This document shows positions 50,189 through 61,086 of a stretch of 64,000 nucleotides of DNA, piece after piece; the first letter of the stretch is position 1; each line of letters starts with the position of its first letter. A program made the position numbers and the translations under genes. This stretch comes from Macrostomum hystrix (lineage: Eukaryota > Animalia > Platyhelminthes). Under the pieces are notes generated by a model. It had not been told where the DNA came from, did no database searches, and worked only from the letters and a program-made list of their open reading frames with translations. The stretch covers positions 3,348,001 to 3,412,000 of the forward strand of contig CATNEN010000024.1 in NCBI GenBank assembly GCA_950097015.1. Reading direction: 5' to 3'.

Positions 50189-50919
50189 TATCCTAAAAGT
50201 CAATGGTTGAATTGTTGCCAAGGAAGGACATTGTCTCCACTGTCTCTATGGTTGCAATCTCGCCAGACTTACAATACAATGGTCCATAAATCCATATCCT
50301 AATGGAGACATTTTCAATACAAGGCCGACGTCAAATACTAAGCCCATTAGACAGTAGCCCAGATCCCAGTTGCTGATCGGCGCCCATTACCACTAGCAAT
50401 AAACACAGGCCGAAATGGAATGAATAGATAGCTTTATCTTGACGGGAGCCAAATCCCGAGTCGATAAGATCTTTGGCTGCGGTCTATTTGGATAAATGGT
50501 GCGACAGCTGGGGACCAGCTGATGAAGAGTAGATCGCACTGGGTTGGGAGGGAAGGCCTTACTAAAGTATGCAAGAATTTTTACCGCGAAGCAGGGCTAT
50601 TAGTGGAAAAGTAATGAAGAGATGGGCCAGCATTGGCGCGGACAAAAAAAAAATTAATTTCATCATTTTTCGCCGCTGCTTCCTGGAACTCTCTGGGGTG
50701 CAGTCATCCGGTTGAAATTATAATTGCTATTGTAGATTGCTGTAGCACCACCTGCAAGCAGAATATGAATATAAATTGAGCAGACTGAGAAGGCTGGAAA
50801 CAAAACAACTCCCAGACACTGGGGTGATTCGAGATTTTCGAGATAGCAGAATCGCATCTTGTACTTTTGCTGGCTCTGAAAGTACAAAAGGATATAAGAA
50901 TTGAATGATAATTAGAGAT

Positions 50920-51515
50920 GAGAGAAGCATAGTGAGTGGATAAAAGAAGGATAGTGAGTGGATAAAAGAAGGATAGTGAGTGGATAAAAGAAGCATAGTG
51001 AGTGGATAAAAGAAGGATAGTGAGAGGATGAGAAAAGGATAGTGAGAGGATAAGAGAAGGGTAGTGAGAGGTAGTGAGAAGGGTAGTGAGTGGATGAGAC
51101 AAGGATAGTGAGAGGATGAGAGAAGGATAGTGAGAGGATGAGACAAGGATAGTGAGAGGATGAGAGAAGGATAGTGAGAGGATAAGAGAAGGGTAGTGAG
51201 AGGTAGTGAGAAGGGTAGTGAGTGGATGAGACAAGGATAGTGAGAGGATGAGAGAAGGATAGTGAGAGGATGAGACAAGGATAGTGAGAGGATGAGAGAA
51301 GGATATTAAGAGGATGAGAGAAGGATAGTGAGAGGATGAGGCAAGGATAGTGAGAGGATGAGAGAAGGATATTAAGAGGATGAGAGAAGGATAGTGAGAG
51401 GATGAGGCAAGGATAGTGAGAGGATGAGAGAAGGGTAGTGAGAGGTAGTGAGAAGGGTAGTGAGAGGTCGTGAAAAGGGTAGTGAGTGGATTAGAGAAGG
51501 GTAGTGAGAGGTAGT
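50920..51515. repeat. Purine-rich degenerate minisatellite (GATAGTGAGAGGATGAGAGAAG-like)
   Basis: Tandem GA-rich variants. Confidence 0.85.
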
Positions 51516-52139
51516 GAGAGTGGTGACCAAACCCAAAAGACCAGTGAAAATTCAAGTCCCTTATCGATGCAGTGCTCAGCCACAATTCTATAATTATCAA
51601 GAGTCTAATAGAAGCCAATCTAACGAGCAAAGTTGAAAATTGGCTACCAAAGTGGCCTCTATTCATTTTCCATTGGCCTAGTTAAGAATCAAATTAGATA
51701 GCGCTGTGACTGCTAGTAGGGTGATCGGCTCAGCCCTAGCATTTCTCACGAACCTTTTGTAAGTCCCCCCGGGGGTAGGGGGCTATCTCCGGATATTGCA
51801 CAGTTCCCAACCCGCTGCTCAGTCATTTATCCCACTACTCTCTCACTGCTGGCCTGTGAAGGCTATAGCATTTTTCAATTGATTTTTCCCTCTCGCACTT
51901 TGCTTAGCGAGTGTCCCAGTTCATTAAAGCAGTTGCAAGCGAGAAAGTCCTAAGGAGATCGGCACCAATTTTTCAAGAGCACCAATTCTGTGGCCTCTGG
52001 ATGGCTGTCTGGGATGCTGGCTTAGTCGGAGTAACACCCTGCAGCTCTGAGGGTGGACGCTTGATTTTGAATTTCGTAAAGTTGAGCTGCTTTTTAAAAG
52101 AAATCAATCAATCAATGTTCGATTTGAAGTCAAAGTGGA

Positions 52140-52575
52140 AACGGGAGAGGTAGAATAGCGTCTGACCCACACAACAATGTCCTTAAGCCCGATTTTGCGG
52201 TGAGGCCACATTCAATTAATGCGCAGCCGCGGGAGGGAAGGCTTGAGGGCTTGTCCTAAAGGCACAGTAAGAGTGTACACAGCCTGACGATGAGAAAGTG
52301 GCGGGGCGGTCTAACGTGTTTGCCTCTCGCACCAAGGTCCCTGAGCTCGTCGTGCAATTGCGCCCTTGATGGGCAACCTCCAAGGCACAGTGAAAGTGTA
52401 CACTGCCTGACGATGAGACAGTAAGGGCAGATGTACACACCTGTGTGAGCGTGTCTGTGTATCTGTGCGTGTGTGCTCAGGAGTCAGCGAAATGGGCCGA
52501 ATTGCCTCCTCGCAGGCCGCAGGTCTAGTGTCAAAAAATGTTGACCATCGCCCGCAGACCTCCCGCAATTTTTTT
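52140..52575 (+). mobile_element. SINE family A composite (two partial copies in tandem)
   Basis: Degenerate head plus body to CTGACGATGAGAAAG (about 52298), then a second tRNA head (52297-52350) and the 3' body. Confidence 0.75.
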
Positions 52576-52727
52576 GCTATTATTCTTTTTTTATTGTGTG
52601 TGTGCTCAGTACCAGCCAAAATGTCCAGTGCGGGTAGATAGCGTGGGTGGGTAGATAACAGCATCAGCACGAATTGAACTGCACTCTAAATTACAGTCGA
52701 GTCAGTGACAGCAAGCAGTTCTCTACA

Positions 52728-54790
52728 ATGGGCGCCTCGGTGAGTCTCTCCGACCTCGGGCGCGACTGCACCAACCTGTCAGCGGCGGTGCCCTCCAAGT
52801 ACACCGGCTTGGTGCGCTTCCAGGAGCTGTACGGCCCGGTGCACGGCTACGTGTGCGTGCTGCTCTGCGTCTTTGGCGTTGTTGCCAACCTGGCCAACAT
52901 TGTCGTGCTCACCAGGAAGACCATGGCCTCCTCCGTCAACACCATTCTGATCGCTGTGGCAGTGGCCGACCTGCTCACCATGCTGTTTTACTTCTTTCAG
53001 GTGCGTCTCTGATCAAGTATTTTGCCGTCATTTTGGTGTTTTCTGTTTCATTTCATGTCATGCCAATGTCTATAATCCAATCTCAAATTGTGACAAAGTG
53101 AAAAATGGCAGTGGTGAGTGGTCTGACGCGTTAGCCTCTCGCACCAAGGTCCCTGAGCTTGATTCCGCTTTGAGGCCACATTCAACTAAAAGTAGCAAGA
53201 CCACGGGGTATTTCAAATGCCCACATCTTTTTTCAGCATCTCTCAAAATATTTAACCAATGTCCATGAAAACCGAGAACACTGGCTTATCTGATGAAACT
53301 GCTTCCAGAACCGCGAGACATCGGCATCATCGAGATATTTTACAATTTTCGTCAAGGTGCCTGGTGGCAAAAACCACCAATATGGGCATAATGTTTCTGC
53401 TCACAAAATTTCATCATGGAACCATGTCGGCTCGACAAACGATCGCCAGGGCCTTCAACAACAGCACCCGATCGGCATCTCAAAGACGGCTGCTTTTATT
53501 GAAGATGCCGACAGTCGCCGACGATGCTCCAGACGTTGATGAAGGAGACAGTGGTGATTGGGATGCTGAGGACAAAGGTCCCTACGACAGGCGGACTCAG
53601 ATTAATGAACCAGTTCATCTGAGATTTATAAAAAACAATGTTGGACTTTCACGGAAATCGGTCATTCGGTTTGGGAGCGTACAGTATCCGCGTTTGTGTG
53701 CTCAGGAGTCACCGGAAGGGGCAGAATTATCACATGCAGGTCGTCTGTCACCAAATGATGTGCCATTGCCCGCAGCCCGCAGCAATTATTGTTGCTAAGC
53801 GAAAGGTGAAATAGATGAAACAACATTGCCTTCGATATTTCCAGTGATATTTATAATAGCAGATTTTGCTGATTTTAAAATGCATGACATGGTCGAAAAC
53901 ACGGGGTTTAGAAGCCATAAATTTTTGTACCAATTTTATTTTCCAAACTGACTTATTTTGTTGCGAAACTGACCAATTAGCCTTTGAAACCCCACCCGGC
54001 CAGGTGTTGCACTTTATCATCCTGTCGCCAAAGGACACACTGAAGCAGCCGCACACGCATGCCTATGGGTGGATTGTGTATTCGCTGTTCACCATTAGCC
54101 TGGTGCTGGTGCTGCACACTGTGGCCTGCTGGCTTACAGTGGCCTTGGCCGTGTTCCGCTACCTGTACATCGCGCTGCCGACGCGCGGAGCTCAGCTGGC
54201 CAGCAGCCGCAACGCCTACATCAGCATCGCGGCAACCTACGGCCTGCTGTGCCTAACTAATGTGCCCAACTACCTGGTGAATGCGGCCCGCGCCTGCCAA
54301 TCCCCCGTTAGCAATGGCACCGTGTACTTTATCTCCACGCCTGAGCGGGTGAGCCAGCCCCTACTGCGCTCCAACTACTGGACCATCGCCATTCTGTACA
54401 AGATTGTTCCATGCCTCATGCTGTCAGTCATGACCATTCTGCTCATTGTGGAGATGTCCAAGGCCGCCAGGCGACGAAAGAAACTACTGAACAGCGGCAA
54501 GTCGTCCAAGCGGGAGCAGAAGAAGGACAGCCGGGAGCAGCGGACAACAATGATGCTGCTGGCCATTGTTATCATATTTTTGTTCACGGAGCTGCCACAG
54601 GGGGTTATGTCGCTGCTTTGCTTCGTCATACCCGCTTTCGACAGCAATGTCTACGCCCCAATGGGCGACCTGCTTGACCTGCTCTCGCTGATCAACAATA
54701 GCGTCAACTTTGTGCTCTACACCACAATGTCTAAGCAGTTTAGGGACACATTCTCCGACGTATTTCTGTCCTGGCTGCCAAGGAGAGTCT

Positions 54791-54845
<55 letters not shown>

Positions 54846-54909
54846 AGGTGGAGCCAATGCCGAAGAAGCTCTGGAACTCAACCAGCGGGATGGAGAAGTG
54901 ATTAGCTAG
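52728..54909 (+). CDS. Class A neuropeptide GPCR, DmsR/myosuppressin-receptor-like (Srw-type); exons 52728-53000 and 54004-54909
   Basis: Phase-0 intron CAG|GTGCGT...CCAG|GTG. Seven hydrophobic helices. Family motifs HGYVCVLLCVFGVVANLANIVVLTR, LHTVACWLTVALAVFRY, KIVPCLML, RTTMMLLAIVIIFLFTELPQG, DLLDLLSLINNSVNFVLYTTMSKQFRDTF. Family call is from recalled motifs; the ligand is unknown. Confidence 0.9.
53108..53790 (+). mobile_element. SINE family A head (53108-53186) and 3' body (53686-53790) separated by about 500 bp of other sequence, in the GPCR intron
   Basis: Head GTGGTGAGTGGTCTGACGCGTTAGCCTCTCGCACCAAGGTCCCTGAGCTTGATTCC; tail GTGCTCAGGAGTCACCGG...GTCACCAAATGATGTGCC. Confidence 0.7.
54791..54845 (+). 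repeat. (GGC)17 trinucleotide tract inside the GPCR CDS
   Basis: Uninterrupted GGC codons 54793-54843, then GGA GGT GGA, giving Gly20. Confidence 0.95.
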
Positions 54910-55789
54910 TTATCGGAGAGCTTCAGAGCTGCCAACTGACTGCCGATAAAATTAATCGGTCTCTGTTTGAACTCCGTGAAGCCGCACCTGAGACTTGCTT
55001 AGATTGCACTAACGGTGTACTGCTCGTAGAAGCTTGCTCTAACACATGTCTATCCCAGCAAGCTTTCACCCATCAACTAGTTAGCTTTATTATTATTAAC
55101 TGTCTGATCAGCTGATGTCATTTCTAGGGCACGCCACTTAGCCAACACCCAGAACACATAGCCTACTCACTCTTAGATGCTTTAACGAATAGAAAAATAC
55201 GAATATATATGTGTGTGTACAAGTATGGAAGCTTCACAATGAAAGCATGCAGAGAAAGATGTTCACACCTTGAATTGATTGCATTAGCTGAGCTGTTATG
55301 CTCTTGTTTTAGATCGTTCGACTTTAGCCCTGTGATCGGATTAACGGATTAGCGAACAATGACTTTCTCACCCGGTAAGAAATTAGCGAAAATAAGCAGT
55401 TTTTTTAGAAAAGAAAATTGACCCTCGTAATCCGTTCTCGTAATCCCTACTGACGGGCAGGCTTAATCCGCACCCCCGATGTACTATTTTTAGCTTGTAA
55501 GCCTCGTGTTTATCTGCTGGCATTTCCAGGAAAAGGAAAATTAAGAATTATCGGAAATTGGCTGAACGCAATGGTCAAAGCGGATAAGAACGATCTGGGG
55601 ATTTCAAGCTCTGAGATAATCGGCTTTTGAAGATCTGCTTAGCGCCACGACTCGCTCACCATTTCTGCTTCAACATTGTTTAAAAACCGAAAAAAAAATA
55701 AAATGAAGTGGAATCAAATCAACGAAATTTCAATTAAAATAACAATGCAGCGATTGTACAGCGAGTTGAATCTTGGGTAGAAGCTGATG

Positions 55790-56565
55790 TTTTGAAAGGC
55801 AATGGGAAGGTTTTGAAAGGTAATGGGAAGGTTTTGAAAGGTATGGAAAGGTTTTGAAAGGTAGTGGGAAGGTATTGAAAGGCATTGAACAGTGCTGGGA
55901 AGCATGGAGAGTTGCTGGAAGGCTAGGAGGGTGCTGGAAGGCTAGGAGGGTGCTGGAAGTCTAGGAAGGATGTTGGAAGTCTAGGAGGGGTGCTGGATGT
56001 CTAGGAGGGTGCTGGATGTCTAGGAGGGTGCTGGAAGTCTAGGAGGGGTGCTGGATGTCTAGGAGGGTGCTGGAAGGCTAGGAGGGATGCTGGAAGTCTA
56101 GGAGGATGTTGGAAGTCTAGGAGGGGTGCTGGAAGGCTAGGAGGGTGCTGGAAGGCTAGGAGGTGCTGGAAGGCTAGGAGGGATGTTGGAAGTCTAGGAG
56201 GGATGTTGGAAGGCTAGGAGGGATGTTGGAAGTCTAGGAGGGATGCTGGAAGGCTAGGAGGGATGTTGGAAGGCTAGGAGGACTACTGGAAGGCTAGGAG
56301 GGATGCTGGAAGGCTAGGAGGGATGCTGGAAGGCTAGGAGGGATGTTGGAAGGCTAGGAGGACTACTGGAAGGCTAGGAGGGATGCTGGAAGGCTAGGAG
56401 GGATGCTGGAAGGCTAGGAGGGATGTTGGAAGGCTAGGAGGACTACTGGAAGGCTAGGAGGGATGCTGGAAGTCTAGGAGGATGTTGGAAGTCTAGGAGG
56501 GGTGCTGGAAGGCTAGGAGGGATGCTGGAAGTCTAGGAGGGATGCTGGAAGGCTAGGAGGGATGT
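55790..56565. repeat. Minisatellite, about 20-nt unit CTGGAAGGCTAGGAGGGATG, preceded by a 21-mer x3
   Basis: Tandem G-rich variants. Confidence 0.92.
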
Positions 56566-57174
56566 GCCGGATGAGGCAATGGGAAGGTTTTGAAATGTTG
56601 GGGAGGTGCTGGGAAGACAAAAGGATGGAGGAGGTTGGTGTTTTTGGACATCCAGTTCTTAAAGCTACTCCCTCACTTGACACTATCATTGTGATCAATG
56701 ACGCCCAGACGTAGAAAGCTTTATCTAAAAGTGTAGTGCCAACGTACGAGTACATTGCAAACTTGATCTAGGATTAGCAAATAGATGCAAGAAAAGTCTA
56801 ACTTCCGATTCGAGACATTGTCGGCAAACATCAAAGCCTGTCCCAATTTTCTTTTTACCCCAAAACTAGTTATTGCTTGTAATAATACTATATTTTGATC
56901 GATACTGCTGGGATTCTCTTTATAATTTTTTTGACATACAATCCAGCTTTGCTGATCCGTGTTCAGCAACTCTGTAGAACCTAGACAGATATTCCTAGCT
57001 CTTAATTTTATTGTGAGTACTTTAGTGCGTCACTTGAAAAATGTGACAACGGCTTTTTAAAGCTAAAAGTGTAAACTTGTATCAGTTGCAAGGCAGAACA
57101 ACCAACCAGATTAAACAAAATATCCATCGACAAATCAAAATCACTAAAATCCCCTCTCCATAATCGCCCAGACA

Positions 57175-58400
57175 CTTAAAAATCTCATCCTACCCTCCGA
57201 ATTCTCATCTGACACTCCGAATTCTCATCTGACACTCCGAATTCTCATCTGACACTCCGAATTCTCATCTGACACTCCGAATTCTCATCTGACACTCCGA
57301 ATTCTCATCTGACACTCCGAATTCTCATCTGACACTCCGAATTCTCATCCTACCCTCCGAATTCTCATCTGACACTCCGAATTCTCATCTGACACTCCGA
57401 ATTCTCATCTGACACTCCGAATTCTCATCCTACCCTCCGAATTCTCATCTGACACTCCGAATTCTCATCTGACACTCCGAATTCTCATCTGACACTCCGA
57501 ATTCTCATCTGACACTCCGAATTCTCATTTGACACTCCGAATTCTCATCTGACACTCCGAATTCTCATCTGACACTCCGAATTCTCATCTGACACTCCGA
57601 ATTCTCATCTGACACTCCGAATTCTCATCTGACACTCCGAATTCTCATCTGACACTCCGAATTCTCATCCTACCCTCCGAATTCTCATCCTACCCTCCGA
57701 ATTCTCATCTGACACTCCGAATTCTCATCTGACACTCCGAATTCTCATCTGACACTCCGAATTCTCATCTGACACTCCGAATTCTCATCCTACCCTCCGA
57801 ATTCTCATCTGACACTCCGAATTCTCATCTGACACTCCGAATTCTCATCTGACACTCCGAATTCTCATCCTACCCTCCGAATTCTCATCTGACACTCCGA
57901 ATTCTCATCTGACACTCCGAATTCTCATTTGACACTCCGAATTCTCATTTGACACTCCGAATTCTCATTTGACACTCCGAATTCTCATCTGACACTCCGA
58001 ATTCTCATCTGACACTCCGAATTCTCATCTGACACTCCGAATTCTCATCTGACACTCCGAATTCTCATCTGACACTCCGAATTCTCATTTGACACTCCGA
58101 ATTCTCATCTGACACTCCGAATTCTCATCTGACACTCCGAATTCTCATCTGACACTCCGAATTCTCATTTGACACTCCGAATTCTCATTTGACACTCCGA
58201 ATTCTCATTTGACACTCCGAATTCTCATCTGACACTCCGAATTCTCATCTGACACTCCGAATTCTCATCCTACCCTCCGAATTCTCATCTGACACTCCGA
58301 ATTCTCATCTGACACTCCGAATTCTCATCTGACACTCCGAATTCTCATCTGACACTCCAAAATCTTATTTGACACCAGAAAATCTCATCTGACACTTTAA
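57175..58400. repeat. Minisatellite, 20-nt unit ATTCTCATCTGACACTCCGA
   Basis: About 60 near-perfect copies with an interspersed variant ATTCTCATCCTACCCTCCGA. Confidence 0.97.
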
Positions 58401-59639
58401 AATCTTCACTGACATCCAAAAAAACTACAGACGCCAAAAACTCCGCTGACACTTCGCAATGCATTCAAACAGAGGTAAATTTCCTCACATCTCTAAATTC
58501 CCGCCACTAGCAGCTAATCCTTACGGGCCAGCTTCCCTAGCAACCAATCGAACGATTCCTAGAAAAAGCGGAATAGCGTGACCGTCCGAAACACTGCATG
58601 TTCCTGTTCTGCTTCCTGACCAAATTCACACAAAACCAGTTGCGTTTTTGCAAGACAAAAAATCCAACCCTTTCAAAATGTTTCCTTCACAAAAAAAGCA
58701 GAAAGCCATGCTAGGCCAGAGATTTTGTGAAATGGCAACATTTTCGTATCGCTATTGTCTCTTCAATAGCATCACGGAAGGCATTAGGTCTCTGCACGAG
58801 TCCGTTTTCCTTGAATTCTAAGTAGATTCAGCATTTCAAAATGCTCCCGTTGTTGAAGCTAACAATGGCTTTGCATTTTTCTTTCTAGGAAAAAAATTTC
58901 CAATTGAAAAATATTTAATGCGGCCCGCTGGATAGATGCTATTCAATCGCAGATGATAATGTAAATTACAATGCCATTTTTGTTCAAAACCTAGAATAGA
59001 AAATAATCATTGGCCTAAAAATACAGTGTGTGCGATTGTAAAAATCTGGGCTTTCGACAGGCAGGCAAGAAATTCTGATGATGACTCGTAGATCGATATG
59101 TGTTTCTTAAGGGCAAACATTTATTTAGTCGACTTCAAGTCGTGGGTCACTCTAACGACCAGGCTACAACTTTTATTTTTGCCTGTCTGCCAACAATTCA
59201 TTTCTTAACTGATCCAATTCAGCTTGTTAATTTTTCTTTAACTAGCTACATCAAATTTAGGAATCGTTTTCTCAAAGCACTACTGCAATAGCGCAGAAGT
59301 AGTGTACATGAGACATCTAGCTATTTTAAGACTTTGTGCCCTGATTTGCTGGACTAAAGTCAAGTTTGCTTCTAAATCAAATCAAATTATCCTTATCAAT
59401 TCGTGAGCAATCATCGTGTAAATTGCGCATAAACTGGCTTCACCAAACGCGATAAACTAGGTTTTTCGCCAGCAAACAGCACCCGATGGTCATGAGGTTT
59501 TTCTTTTAAATGTAGCCCAGTAGATGATAAGAATTACGGTTCTCAACGCTACCCGAGTCTGCTCAGTAGACCAGATAGAAGCAACGATCTGCATCAGCTA
59601 ACCTTTGCGCTTAGACTGATCATCATGCGCATGTCCCTT

Positions 59640-60082
59640 ACTCCCGTGAGACTGTCACACTGACTCCCGTGTGTCTGTCACACTGACTCCCGTGTGTCTG
59701 TCACACTGACTCCCGTGAGCCTGTCACACTGACTCCCGTGAGCTTGTCACACTGACTCCCGTGTATCTGTCCCACTGACTCCCGTGAGCCGGTCACACTG
59801 ACTCCCGTGAGCCTGTCACACTGACTCCCGTGAGCTTGTCACACTGACTCCCGTGTATCTGTCCCACTGAATCCAGTGAGCCTGTCACACTGACTCCCTT
59901 GTATCTGTCACACTGACTCCCGTGAGCCGGTCACACTGACTCCCGTGAGCCTGTCACACTGACTCCCGTGAGCTTGTCACACTGACTCCCGTGTATCTGT
60001 CCCACTGAATCCAGTGAGCCTGTCACACTGACTCCCGTGAGCCTGTCCCACTGACTCCCGTGGGACTGTCCCACTGACTCCA
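59640..60082. repeat. Minisatellite, 23-nt unit CTGACTCCCGTGAGCCTGTCACA
   Basis: About 19 copies; a 138-nt (6-monomer) block is duplicated. Confidence 0.93.
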
Positions 60083-60310
60083 GTGTTTAGAACTTCGGAG
60101 TTGTGCCCGAAGGTCGGTAGTTCGAATCTCACCACGATAAAAGGACATTTTAGCAATAAATCTAAATTCTCAGTGCTTTAGTTCAGCTCGATTGTGAAAA
60201 TGGCAGCAGTATCAGCTGGGGTAGAACTTTTAATGTTTGTAGCGGCCTCACCAGTCCATGGACTGAACAGCTGTGCGCAGCATTTGGAAGCGCAGCGGCT
60301 ATACAACAGG
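60080..60310 (+). mobile_element. SINE family B copy
   Basis: B-box AGTTCGAATCT near 60119 and core GCGGCCTCACCAGTCCATGGACTGAACA. Confidence 0.6.
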
Positions 60311-61086
60311 ATTTTTTTCTGACCTAATTGGGCTACAAGCGGACGTGTTATTTCTATTCTGCATCTTTACAAAGTCACACTCCTAGTTATCGATACAAAA
60401 AACCTTTTTTTGCATTGCTTATGAACAAAAAAGTTGCAGATCAAAGTTGGAAAAACCGTCTGTTAATATTTTTCCGTTTTCGCCGATGAAAAAATGCAGC
60501 AAGACACAATGAAACTTCCATTCGTGTTTTATATAAAAAACTATGAAACAATATTTTTCTTCTAAACAAAACTGAAATGGAGCAAAAAAAGAGAGAAAAA
60601 GACACAACAAAAAATAACGATACATCGTAGCGAGAGGAGAGAGATAATTGGTGGAAGAATTGAAAAAGATGCACAATAGCAAATATCTAGTGTGTGTGCG
60701 CGTGCGCTCAAAAATTAAATTATGATGTGCATTTGGAAATTCCATTCAGGGTGTAAAACGGGTTCTTCATTTTATTATTTTCACCCTCTATTTCTGTTTC
60801 TGTTTTAAATAATACTCACAGTTTATAGTCCAGGCCCTATAGGAAGGGATGCACTTTTAACAAAAATGGGAACTATTCGAAAACTGGAACACGAAAGAAT
60901 ATGAGACGAAATTATGAGTTTGAAAGAGGAAAACAAGACAAAAGAAAGTAACTCATAGTCTATTTGAAAATTGGGAATAGGAAAAATTAAATAGTTAACA
61001 TCGGCAGCAGCATGTCAAATGAAAATAAAAAATACAGTGAAATAAACTAGATAGGCAGAGGGACAGAGAGAGAAAATAGAGTGAGA

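Noticed and set aside
50704-51666. 320-aa hydrophobic minus-strand ORF resembling a membrane protein
   Set aside because: Translation of the GA-rich degenerate minisatellite.
52284-52300. Functional hammerhead ribozyme (CTGACGA-TGA-GAAA)
   Set aside because: No helix III or properly placed NUH/helix I can be drawn, and CTGAC is sequestered by GTCAG in the consensus hairpin. Kept only as a low-confidence note on the hairpin.
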